The notes under the pieces were generated by a model, which was given only the letters and a program-made list of their open reading frames with translations, did no database searches and was not told where the DNA came from. The position numbers were made by a program, and so were the translations under genes. This document shows, piece by piece, positions 10,680 to 21,358 of a stretch of DNA of 42,978 nt. Source of the stretch: Meyerozyma guilliermondii (Eukaryota); assembly GCA_051546255.1 (NCBI GenBank), contig CP128819.1, forward strand, positions 1,116,001-1,158,978, given 5' to 3'. The number at the start of each line of letters is the position of its first letter. The stretch's first letter is position 1.

Positions 10680-13600
10680 ATGCCCCGTCTACGACCCGAT
10701 GACCGACTACCGCCGGACCCACGCATCGGAACGAGCTTAAACTTACACGAAGGTGACATGGTTGGTCTGCTGAATGCTGAACCTGCTACTTTGGTCACCA
10801 AAAATGACAATTTTTCATCGGACTCGGAAATCGATTCCGATTTGGATTCCGCTTTGGATCCTGATTCTGACTCCGATGCCTATTCAGAAGCCGAGCCCGA
10901 CGAGACTATAACCGCCACGATCGTCCGCGAGATCCAGGACGGCACTTATACGTGTTTGGTGTGCACTTCTGAAATCGACCTGGAGTCGAAAATCTGGTCC
11001 TGTCAGGAATGCTTTCGAGTTTACGACTTGGATTGTATTAAGGACTGGGCTAAAAATGGATCTTCCACAGACAAGGTCCAGAAAACCTGGAGATGTCCCG
11101 CTTGCAATGTGGTGACATCAACGGTTCCACAAAAGTTTACCTGTTGGTGCGGAAAGGTTGCAAATCCTCGCCCCAATTCCTTTATGCCGTTTAGTTGTGG
11201 AAATCCCTGTAATACGCCGTATCCTGGCTGTGTCCACAGCTGTTCTTCAGCGTGCCACCCTGGTCACCACCCTGTTTGTGGTGCTTTGGGACCGCTAATG
11301 AAGTGCCATTGCGGAAAACACGAGCGCCAATTGCCGTGCTTGATCACTCCATACGAGACTGGATGGAAGTGTAACGTTCCGTGTGAGGTTAATGTGTGTG
11401 ATTTGGGACACGGCTGCCCGAAAAAAGCTTGTCATAGTGGATTTTGTGGTCCTTGTGATCGCATAGTGCAAGAGAAATGTTATTGTGGGCAACTGAAAAT
11501 GGACGTCGCTTGCTACCAGCGTTTTGCCAAGCAGTGCAACGACGTGAAAGGAGAGGAAACTTGGATAGGAACTGTCAAATGTGGATTGAAAACAAAAATT
11601 TACTACGATTGTTCGGTCCATTATGATGAGATCGAATGCCAGCCACTTCCCACAGTATCAAGAAAATGTAAACTTTCTCCAGATGTGGTGAAGACCTGCC
11701 ACTGTGGAAAGTCTTCTGTTGAACCCAAAATGAGAACAAAATGTACCGACCCAATCCCAGAATGTGACTCCGTTTGCGGAAAGCTTCTTTCTTGTGGCTG
11801 TACTTGTATCCAGAAATGTCACTCTGGAGAATGTGTTTGTTTCAATGTCTTGGAACGGGAATGTTCCTGTGGAAATTCCGCTTTCATGGTGCCTTGTAGA
11901 TTCCTTCAAGAAGGATACCAGCCCAAATGTACCAGGAAATGTCCAGTGCTTCTCAATTGTCGTAAGCACTATCACAGAGAGGTATGCTGTCCCTTTGAAA
12001 AGGAAGCGCTACGAAGAGAAAGAGAGAAAAAGAAAGCGATTAGAAACGGAACTCGAACCTTGCGTAATGAAGACGAAACCATGACTATGGAACCTATTCA
12101 TATTTGCATCAGAACTTGCAACAGGCTCAAATCTTGTGGACGTCACTACTGTGAGGCTTTATGTCACGCTGGACCTTGCGGAATATGTTTAGAGTCTTCA
12201 AATGAAGATCTAGTTTGTCATTGTGGAAAAACCAGAATCGATGCTCCGGTAAGATGTGGTACTGTTCTTGAATGTCACGAGCAATGTGCGCGTCCTAAAG
12301 CTTGTGGACATAGACCTGAGGTTCACGAGTGCCATGACGATAATACAAATTGTCCCAAATGTACCGCATCGGTAACCAAAAGATGCAATTGTGGACGTAA
12401 GGAAATCAAAAATGTTCTTTGCTCACAAACCAACGTTTCCTGTGGTACAATGTGTACTGAAACCAAAGCCTGTGGTCACCCTTGTCTCAATGTGTGTTCC
12501 TCTGATTGCACAGAACGTAACATTCACGCCAGCCCTGCCAACTGCCAACTGTATTGCAAAAAGTATCGACTCAAATGTCCTCACACGTGCAAATCTAAAT
12601 GCCACTTCAAAAAACCAGGGAAGCCTTTACTCTGTGATGGCTTCTTGTGCAAAGAAACTGTACAAATTCAGTGCCCATGTGGACGTAAAAAGAAGGTCGG
12701 AAGTTGTGGAGGCAGCACTTTGAGTGCATCTTTGATTTTGCTGAGCTTGGATTGTGACGAAGACTGCTTAAAAGCAGCCAGAGATGAAGAGCTTCGTAAA
12801 GTTTTGTTAGGCGACGAAGAAGACCAGTTGGAGCTTCCTTACTCTGACTCGTTGATGGATGTATTTGAACGTCAAACTCTGTGGTGTTCTAGAATGGAGG
12901 TTGTCTTTAGGGTTTTTGTAAAGGAGAGTCTTCAGTTGAAGGAGAATGAGAGTGGAGAGAAGTCTGAAGAGAATGGAGAGGAGTATGAAGAGAATGCAGT
13001 GAAGCCCACTCAAGAGAATGATGTGAAGTCTTCCAAAGAGCTGGAAGAAACTTCTAACGAGCCTCCGTCCGTCACTTTCCGTCGTTTCTCCGGACTCAAC
13101 AGTGCACAAATAGCCTTCTTGTGTGACTTGGCCAAGAGTTTACGTCTTTACTCTGAACATGACGACGAGTCAATGTTCATTGCTATCACTAAGCACACCT
13201 TTCTTCCCGAGACTACAATCCAGCAATCGGTTCTTTCAAGACAACAGTACCGGATTGAGATGAATAAGGCTGAAATGATGAAAAAAAAAGACATTGCAGA
13301 ATCTCTCTTCAATGCGATTCTTGTTCAAGATGTCTTCTTTGGCATTGTTAAAGATGAGCTTGAGCGTGAGTTAATGCCTTTGATCGAAGGGTTCAAAATA
13401 GAGAAGCCAAAGATGCATTGGATGAGGGAATCTACCTATGTGTTTTACTCGGAAACATCGTATCAGCAGATGACTTTGGAGGAAGAGAACAAATTGTATC
13501 TTGCAATGAAGTCGGTTCGCAATGCTGTACGCAACAAGTCGTTGGCGTTCAATGCTAAGCTTTGTCTCATAGATGCCGATGTTGAACACATTTTAAAAGT

Positions 13601-13703
13601 TAACGAAAAAGACTTGGCACTTAAACTGGACGAAAAGGAAGTAAAAGAGCCATCACCTTCATTGGAAAATAATTCATTTTCTATCTTGGAGGGGTCTATA
13701 TAG
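10680..13703 (+). CDS. FAP1: NF-X1-type zinc-finger / RING protein Fap1
   Basis: N-terminal RING/PHD-like CLVC..WSC..C..VY.L.CI..WA..WRCPAC; repeated C-G-x-H-x-C-x3-CH-x-G-x-C fingers; degenerate R3H region. The first in-frame ATG (10680) is used, but the start is uncertain. Confidence 0.9.
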   Translation: MPRLRPDDRLPPDPRIGTSLNLHEGDMVGLLNAEPATLVTKNDNFSSDSEIDSDLDSALDPDSDSDAYSEAEPDETITATIVREIQDGTYTCLVCTSEIDLESKIWSCQECFRVYDLDCIKDWAKNGSSTDKVQKTWRCPACNVVTSTVPQKFTCWCGKVANPRPNSFMPFSCGNPCNTPYPGCVHSCSSACHPGHHPVCGALGPLMKCHCGKHERQLPCLITPYETGWKCNVPCEVNVCDLGHGCPKKACHSGFCGPCDRIVQEKCYCGQLKMDVACYQRFAKQCNDVKGEETWIGTVKCGLKTKIYYDCSVHYDEIECQPLPTVSRKCKLSPDVVKTCHCGKSSVEPKMRTKCTDPIPECDSVCGKLLSCGCTCIQKCHSGECVCFNVLERECSCGNSAFMVPCRFLQEGYQPKCTRKCPVLLNCRKHYHREVCCPFEKEALRREREKKKAIRNGTRTLRNEDETMTMEPIHICIRTCNRLKSCGRHYCEALCHAGPCGICLESSNEDLVCHCGKTRIDAPVRCGTVLECHEQCARPKACGHRPEVHECHDDNTNCPKCTASVTKRCNCGRKEIKNVLCSQTNVSCGTMCTETKACGHPCLNVCSSDCTERNIHASPANCQLYCKKYRLKCPHTCKSKCHFKKPGKPLLCDGFLCKETVQIQCPCGRKKKVGSCGGSTLSASLILLSLDCDEDCLKAARDEELRKVLLGDEEDQLELPYSDSLMDVFERQTLWCSRMEVVFRVFVKESLQLKENESGEKSEENGEEYEENAVKPTQENDVKSSKELEETSNEPPSVTFRRFSGLNSAQIAFLCDLAKSLRLYSEHDDESMFIAITKHTFLPETTIQQSVLSRQQYRIEMNKAEMMKKKDIAESLFNAILVQDVFFGIVKDELERELMPLIEGFKIEKPKMHWMRESTYVFYSETSYQQMTLEEENKLYLAMKSVRNAVRNKSLAFNAKLCLIDADVEHILKVNEKDLALKLDEKEVKEPSPSLENNSFSILEGSI

Positions 13704-13762
13704 TGTAAATAATGCTGAATCACCTGGTTCATTTTCCTTTGAACTTGTTGGATTACTGAGGA

Positions 13763-14527
13763 TTAGCTTATCGATTGTGCTTCATTCGATTCGTTCGACT
13801 CGGTTGATGCGTTCGACTCGTTCGATTGTTCTTCATGGTTTTCGCCGGCTTTGCTGCTTTTATGACGTCTTTTGCGTTTCTTAGGTGCGTCGGAGGCTTC
13901 GGTTGCCTCAACCTTCTTTTTCTTGACACTGAGAGGATTAGGTGCCTTTGGACCCTTTCTCTTTTTACCCTCAGGAACATCTTTTGGAACAATGCCGGCA
14001 TTTTTGGCATCATTCAATCCTCCCGTTAACTTGGACGTCTCCAAAGATTCAGAAATTTGGGCTGATTTCTTCGACAATGGTTCCATCACCATCACCGACC
14101 TGTTCATATATACAAGTGGAATTCCTGGCACTTGGCGAAGTTTCTTGCGCAATTCGTAGTCCTGGGTGGCTACAATATAGCGATGCTTGTTTTTCCCATC
14201 AACATTGACTATTGATTCGATGCATTCGGATGGATCAAGTGGAGCTTTTGGAGGATGATTACATCGTCTTCTCTCGAATTTCTTGGCTATTTCGATCGCA
14301 TCTTGGTTTTTTGTGCTATAGAGAGCTTGCATGCAACACTGGGTGATCATAGGTTTGATCTCGGCTTGAATAGTTCGATTTATGCCTTTTGCAACATCGA
14401 AAGAAGCGCTTTGGCACAAGGTTACGAGATCACTATGGACAATTGTTTGGTATGGTTCCCTGAACTTGAAGGTGTGCTGGTACACGAGCATCTGCTTTCT
14501 GTAGGACTTAGCTCTTTTTTGTCTCAT
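13763..14527 (-). CDS. UTP23: SSU processome PIN-domain protein Utp23
   Basis: MRQKRAKSYRK..FKFREPYQ..PMITQCCM..FERRRCNH..YIVATQD..KGPKAPNPLSVKKKK; 254 aa from ATG 14527. Confidence 0.95.
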   Translation of the reverse strand: MRQKRAKSYRKQMLVYQHTFKFREPYQTIVHSDLVTLCQSASFDVAKGINRTIQAEIKPMITQCCMQALYSTKNQDAIEIAKKFERRRCNHPPKAPLDPSECIESIVNVDGKNKHRYIVATQDYELRKKLRQVPGIPLVYMNRSVMVMEPLSKKSAQISESLETSKLTGGLNDAKNAGIVPKDVPEGKKRKGPKAPNPLSVKKKKVEATEASDAPKKRKRRHKSSKAGENHEEQSNESNASTESNESNEAQSIS

Positions 14528-14569
14528 GGTGACGAAAAAGCGTTGCAGGTGAACTCGTAATTGAGGTGA

Positions 14570-14585
14570 GATGAGGTAGATGAGC
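14570..14585. promoter_or_regulatory. Tandem PAC cores (GATGAG x2) upstream of UTP23
   Basis: GATGAG at 14570-14575 and GATGAGC at 14579-14585, 43-58 bp upstream of a ribosome-biogenesis gene. Confidence 0.55.
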
Positions 14586-15361
14586 CTGCGTTTGGTCCTG
14601 CATGCGGATTCACGAAATTCTGCATGTGCGGAACGACCCGAAGGTTTTTTTAACCGATGGTCGGGAACCGGGTGCAGTACCGGCGCTTCCCCGTCAAGAG
14701 TGTCTTGTCTGCAGTATGGTTTTTTAGGACCCAGCCTGAAATAAGCCAATGTGGCTTGTGTTAGATTGCCGCTGGAACTGAAATAAAGGAAGATACACCA
14801 AGTTCGGCCCTATCGGATATCGGCGAACCGGTTGGCCAAAGATAGCTGAGATCTGCAATGCAAAAAAAATGTCGATTTTGCGTCCCCGCGCAATCAATCA
14901 ATCGTGAGCCGATTGATACGCCGCATGCATCGGCAGGGGTTACCATGGCTGTGGAAGTCATATCGGTCGATTCTTAAACCGACAAAGTTCGAAAGTAGCC
15001 TAAGCTGTTTGACTCAAGTTGCATATTTTTTCCGGCTGAAACGAATTTTTTCCAGCTGAATTTCTTGCTTGGCGGCTGTATCCGATTTTTTTTGCTCATG
15101 CAAGAAATGATAGGTGCATAAACCCAGCGCCGTACCACCGCGAGGACAACGCTTCCATGCTGGATGCGGTCACTGTATGCGGGAAAGATGCATGAAGGCT
15201 TCGATAATTGGCCGAACAATAGTGCGTCAATGGCTGCGGGGCCTATGCATCTGATGCCGTGCGTACTTGCCCGATTGTGGTAGCACGGCACCATATCTGC
15301 CGTGGCTATCATCGCGATATAAGGTGGCTTTCCCTACCTAATAATTTTTGCAAGATTCCAC

Positions 15362-17716
15362 ATGGACAGACTTAGAAGTGCCTTTGACAAGGGCAAAGAA
15401 AAGCACCATGTTGTCGAGGAAAAGGTGGGAGATTCTGATGATATCCCCCTTTCACCAGGCCAGTCCATCAAGCTCACCACGGTTAGGTCGCAGGAATTCG
15501 ACCCTATGGACTCGAAACTTGAAAATACCATTCTTGAAGACGTCTATGCGGCGCCCATAGTCGAAGACGACTCGCCATACCCCGAGGTCAGAGCAGCGGT
15601 ACCCTCGACCGACGACCCTTCTGTTCCGCAAAATACTATCCGGATGTGGGTTATCGGCATGATTTTAACCACCATTGGTTGTGGATTAAACTTGTTATTT
15701 TCGCTCCACAGTCCTCAGGCCCAACTTTCAACCTATGTCACCTCCATCTTGGCCTGGCCCATCGGCACGGCATGGGCTCGGTTTCTTCCCAACATCAAGA
15801 TTTTTGGCCTCGAGTTGAACCCCGGTCCATTCAATCTTAAGGAACATGCTCTTATCACCATCATGGGTAACGTCTCGTTTGGTGCTAGTGGTGCTGCCTA
15901 CGCTACCGACATTTTGCTTGCTCAGAATGTTTACTACAAGCAAGACTTTGGCTGGGGTTTTGATCTTGTGGCTATCTGGAGTACCCAGTGTATTGGCTTT
16001 GCTCTTGCCGGAATCATGAGAAAAATCTTGATTTACCCTTCTTCCATGATTTACCCTCAGCAGTTGATCACCGCTACGTTTTTGACCAACATGCACATCA
16101 ACAAGAACGTTCCCGCCAACGGGTGGAAAATCAGTAGAATGGCTTTCTTTGCTGTGATTTTCACCTCCAGTTTCTGCTGGTACTTTTTCCCCGGTTTCAT
16201 TTTCCAGGCGCTATCGTACTTTGCCTGGATCACCTGGATCAAACCAAAGAACGTCATCGTCAACCAGATCTTTGGTGCTCAAACTGGTTTGGGATTGTTC
16301 CCGAACTGCTTCAGTTTGGACTGGAACCAAATTGCTGCCTATATTGGATCACCTTTAATTCCTCCAGCTCCAGTCATTTTCACCATTGCCATTTCTATCG
16401 TTCTCATCTTCTGGATTATAGTGCCTGCTATCCACTACTCCAACACCTGGTACGCCCAGTACTTGCCCATTTCCAGTTCTGGGTCGTTTGACAATACTCA
16501 ACAATCATACAATGTGCTGAGAATCGTCTCCAAGGATTTGGGTTTCAACAAGAAAGCTTACGAAGCTTACTCTCCATTGTTCCTTTCCACCACATTTGCT
16601 ATCAGTTACGGCTTGTCGTTTGCATCGATGACATCCACCATTGTTCACACCATCTTGTTCCACGGCAAAGATATCATTAACCAAATCAAGATGAAAGATA
16701 AGCCCGATGTTCATACTCGTCTCATGAAACAAAATTACAAAGATGTTCCAACCTGGTGGTTTGGCGCTGTTTTCTTGGTGTTCTTTGGGTTGTCCATCGC
16801 TACTGTTCGTGCTTGGGACACCCAAATGCCAGTATGGTGTTTGATAATTGCCTTGCTTATTGCCATTGTTTTCTTGATTCCCGTGGGTGTAATTTATGCC
16901 ATCACCAACATCGCCGTGGGGTTGAACGTGGTGACGGAATTTATCATCGGTTACATGCTTCCTGGTAAACCATTGGCCATGATGTTCTTCAAGACGTTTG
17001 GCTACATCACCAACAACCAAGCCGTCACATTTGTCTCCGACATGAAGTTGGGCCACTATATGAAAATCAGCCCTCGTCTTTTGTTCTCTGCTCAATTCAT
17101 CGCTACCATCTGGGGTTCATTGGTGCAAATTGCAGTGTTGAGATGGGCTTATGGTTCCATCGAAGACTTGTGTTCGCCAACTCAAAAGGACCATTACACT
17201 TGTCCTAATGGTGGAGTGTTCTTCACCGCCAGTATTATTTGGGGAGTCATTGGCCCTCAGCGTCAATTTTCTCAAGGCCAAATTTACTACGGCTTATTGT
17301 TCTTCTTCCTTATTGGTGCCATTCTTCCCGTCATCAACTGGTTGATTTTGAAAAAATGGCCCAATAGTTTGGTTAAGCACGTCAATTGGCCCGTTTTCTT
17401 CTCGGCTACAGGTTACATTCCTCCTGCTACCGCATACAATTACGCCTCGTACTGTGTGGTCGGGCTCACCTTCAACTACTTTATCAAGAAAAGATGGTTT
17501 CACTGGTGGAGTAAGTATAATTACTCATTGTCCGCTGGATTGGACATTGGGTTGGCATGGGCACTTTTGATGGTGTTTTTGTGCTTGTATTTGACCAATG
17601 CTCAGTTCCCTAGCTGGTGGGGAAATAGTGTGGTGGCTGGAACTTTGGACTCGAATAACTTGGCTATCAGAACCATGCTTAAGCCAGGTGAGACCTTTGG
17701 TCCATCGCTGTGGTAG
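15362..17716 (+). CDS. OPT1: OPT-family oligopeptide transporter (C. albicans Opt1 type)
   Basis: SPYPEVRAAVPSTDDP, NPGPFNLKEH and KLGHYMKISPR family motifs; many hydrophobic segments; 784 aa. Confidence 0.93.
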   Translation: MDRLRSAFDKGKEKHHVVEEKVGDSDDIPLSPGQSIKLTTVRSQEFDPMDSKLENTILEDVYAAPIVEDDSPYPEVRAAVPSTDDPSVPQNTIRMWVIGMILTTIGCGLNLLFSLHSPQAQLSTYVTSILAWPIGTAWARFLPNIKIFGLELNPGPFNLKEHALITIMGNVSFGASGAAYATDILLAQNVYYKQDFGWGFDLVAIWSTQCIGFALAGIMRKILIYPSSMIYPQQLITATFLTNMHINKNVPANGWKISRMAFFAVIFTSSFCWYFFPGFIFQALSYFAWITWIKPKNVIVNQIFGAQTGLGLFPNCFSLDWNQIAAYIGSPLIPPAPVIFTIAISIVLIFWIIVPAIHYSNTWYAQYLPISSSGSFDNTQQSYNVLRIVSKDLGFNKKAYEAYSPLFLSTTFAISYGLSFASMTSTIVHTILFHGKDIINQIKMKDKPDVHTRLMKQNYKDVPTWWFGAVFLVFFGLSIATVRAWDTQMPVWCLIIALLIAIVFLIPVGVIYAITNIAVGLNVVTEFIIGYMLPGKPLAMMFFKTFGYITNNQAVTFVSDMKLGHYMKISPRLLFSAQFIATIWGSLVQIAVLRWAYGSIEDLCSPTQKDHYTCPNGGVFFTASIIWGVIGPQRQFSQGQIYYGLLFFFLIGAILPVINWLILKKWPNSLVKHVNWPVFFSATGYIPPATAYNYASYCVVGLTFNYFIKKRWFHWWSKYNYSLSAGLDIGLAWALLMVFLCLYLTNAQFPSWWGNSVVAGTLDSNNLAIRTMLKPGETFGPSLW

Positions 17717-17880
17717 AAACGCCGTTCAAGGAACTAACAATCTTAATTAAATATGAACCTGTTGTTGCTACTTGTATATATTAAGCCGTATTTCGCAGCC
17801 AAAGATCGAAGATTTCATGTTGCGCTTATATAAGCCGGGGTCGATGGATTTTTTTCACCGAACGGCGAAAAGAACTTAGT

Positions 17881-18591
17881 ATGCAAAGAGCAGTATTCCA
17901 AGGAGTTAGAAGAGCTGTTGGAGCACGCCAAGCACCCCTTGGGTTGCGTATGGCCCGTCCTATTGTATGGGGACAAAAAAGTCCCATGATGGTGAGATTT
18001 TCATCGTCCCAGGCTCCTAAACCCGAAGAGAACGAACCAAAAAAAGAAGAGGAAACTGTGGCCGAAAACGAGGAAAATGCCGAACCTTTGTCTGAAGAAC
18101 AACAGCAGATCCAGGAATTGCAAGGAAAGTTGACACAAAAGGACAAAGAACTTGCTGATATGAAAAATCACTATGCCAGAGCCGTGGCTGATTTCCGCAA
18201 CTTACAAGAGTCTACCAAGAAGGAGGTTCAGAAGGCAAGAGACTTTGCGTTGCAAAAGTTTGCCAAGGACTTGTTGGAGTCGTTGGACAACTTCAGCTTG
18301 GCACTCAATGCCGTCAAGGAGGATACATTGGCTGCAAACAATGAGGTGAAAAACTTGTATGAGGGTGTAGATATGACCCGCAATGTTTTCGAGAAGACAT
18401 TGGCCAAGCACGGCATTGAGAAAATCGACCCTATGGGCGAGCAATTTGACCCAAATATGCACGAAGCCACCTTTGAGATTCCTCAACCCGACAAGGAACC
18501 AGGAACAGTTTTCCATGTTCAACAGCCTGGCTACACATTGAATGCACGGGTGTTGAGACCAGCCAAGGTGGGATTGGTGAAGGGAGAGTAA
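17881..18591 (+). CDS. MGE1: Mitochondrial GrpE co-chaperone
   Basis: Presequence; RAVADFRNL, QKFAKDLLESLDN, FDPNMHEA and GYTLNARVLRPAKVG. Confidence 0.97.
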   Translation: MQRAVFQGVRRAVGARQAPLGLRMARPIVWGQKSPMMVRFSSSQAPKPEENEPKKEEETVAENEENAEPLSEEQQQIQELQGKLTQKDKELADMKNHYARAVADFRNLQESTKKEVQKARDFALQKFAKDLLESLDNFSLALNAVKEDTLAANNEVKNLYEGVDMTRNVFEKTLAKHGIEKIDPMGEQFDPNMHEATFEIPQPDKEPGTVFHVQQPGYTLNARVLRPAKVGLVKGE

Positions 18592-18659
18592 TGACTGTAA
18601 ATAGAATGACATCATAGTACAACAGTATCGTACCGTAGCCTACTAGCTTTAGCGACTAG

Positions 18660-19874
<1,215 letters not shown>

Positions 19875-19884
19875 ATAGATTTAG

Positions 19885-21225
19885 CTACCTGATAAAACAT
19901 GCTGCGAAAAATCCAATGCCGCCATCTTCCTTTGGAACCGCCCGAACACATCCTCCTGCTAATTGTTCGCATACTTGTGGGTCTCGGCTCATGCTAACAA
20001 ATTCGTCTTTCCAGCCTCTTCTGTGCCAGTTGGGAAGCACTTGCTCCTTGGGTGCAAGTTTCCAGCCCTGCTCCTTCACCTCAGGGTCTGCAAGTAAATC
20101 CATTACTACTCGTTCGTTTTCATGAGGGTGGATCGAACATGTTGAATACACGATTTTTCTTGCACCGGGAAACTTCATAGTATGCTTGACGATTTTAAAC
20201 TGGAAACTGGCCAATTTCGTGAGTCTTTCAGTATCTATGGTTTCTCGGTCTTGTTCCAGTTGTGCATCTTCCAACGCTCGTCCAAATATACCTGAGCCAC
20301 TACACGATGGATCCACAACTATTCCTGTAACTTTGGGAAAATCACTGGGTATAATCGTCATAAAGTCGGCGTGGGTGATTTGAATGAGATCCTTATTGGG
20401 TCCCAATGCCTTGGACGTCATCATCTTCAATGTCTTGACTCTTTTATCGTCTCGTTCAAATGCATGTACTACTCCATTTTTAGGAAGAAAAGACGCCAAA
20501 TGAGTAGTCTTGTTGCCAGGAGCAGCACAGGCGTCTATTACCACCTCGTGCTGGTTTTCTGGGTCGCCATTGAGGATTTGGGCGGGAAAACAGGATGCTC
20601 GGTCTTGAATAATGATCTTGCCATTTTTGTAAGCTTCAGTATTAGTAATCTTTTCTGACGGATGTATACCGTACAAGTTTGTGACTATCGTGTCTCTGTA
20701 TATCTTGCCACTTGCAATTTCATCTGTAGAGTCCACAAACTTCAATTTTTCAAAAAAGTCTTCTCTCATCACCTCTTCCTCAGATGCCACAATTGTGTTG
20801 ATACGTATCCATCGTATGGGTGTTTCGTCCTGCTCCACCGTGTTGGGAAGGTCTGCGAGTGTTTTGACCTTGTATCGAAGCTTAAGCTTGATAAGTTCGG
20901 CCTGAAGTCGGGTTTTATTCTCGAGAACCGCATCTTTAATAGGATGCTTTCCCAGCTCGATTCTTCCACGAGGAGAGAAAAGCAAGTCATGAACTAGCAA
21001 CAAGAGAAGTGAATCGCTCACTTTGAGTTTCTTAAGCTTAGAAGATTGTCGTATTTTGCTCTTTTTGATCACCTCTTCGAGATACGGCTTGTATCTCATC
21101 GTAGAATATACAAGAGCATAGATATGTTTTGGAGAGGAGGAAAGGTGTTTGTTGTTGAATATTTGGGTATTTAGCCCTCCTCCCTTGGCGGAAAGGTACT
21201 TTTCAGCCTCAAAGTACAATTTCAT
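19885..21225 (-). CDS. RCM1: 25S rRNA m5C methyltransferase (Rcm1/NSUN5)
   Basis: PIRWIRIN, IIQDRASCFPA, IDACAAPGNKTTH, VDPSCSGSG and VYSTCSIH..ENE; start ATG 21225 (MKLYFEA). Confidence 0.92.
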   Translation of the reverse strand: MKLYFEAEKYLSAKGGGLNTQIFNNKHLSSSPKHIYALVYSTMRYKPYLEEVIKKSKIRQSSKLKKLKVSDSLLLLLVHDLLFSPRGRIELGKHPIKDAVLENKTRLQAELIKLKLRYKVKTLADLPNTVEQDETPIRWIRINTIVASEEEVMREDFFEKLKFVDSTDEIASGKIYRDTIVTNLYGIHPSEKITNTEAYKNGKIIIQDRASCFPAQILNGDPENQHEVVIDACAAPGNKTTHLASFLPKNGVVHAFERDDKRVKTLKMMTSKALGPNKDLIQITHADFMTIIPSDFPKVTGIVVDPSCSGSGIFGRALEDAQLEQDRETIDTERLTKLASFQFKIVKHTMKFPGARKIVYSTCSIHPHENERVVMDLLADPEVKEQGWKLAPKEQVLPNWHRRGWKDEFVSMSRDPQVCEQLAGGCVRAVPKEDGGIGFFAACFIR

Positions 21226-21358
21226 CAAAATCACTCCTAGCTTTTTTAATCGGCTTCTTATTAAAGTAAATCGGTTTGCATCTTTTGTTTGATGCGCACC
21301 CGTGCACCCACGCTCAACCCCGGTATCGCGGCCGTTTCTTTCACCAACCACCTCCCCC

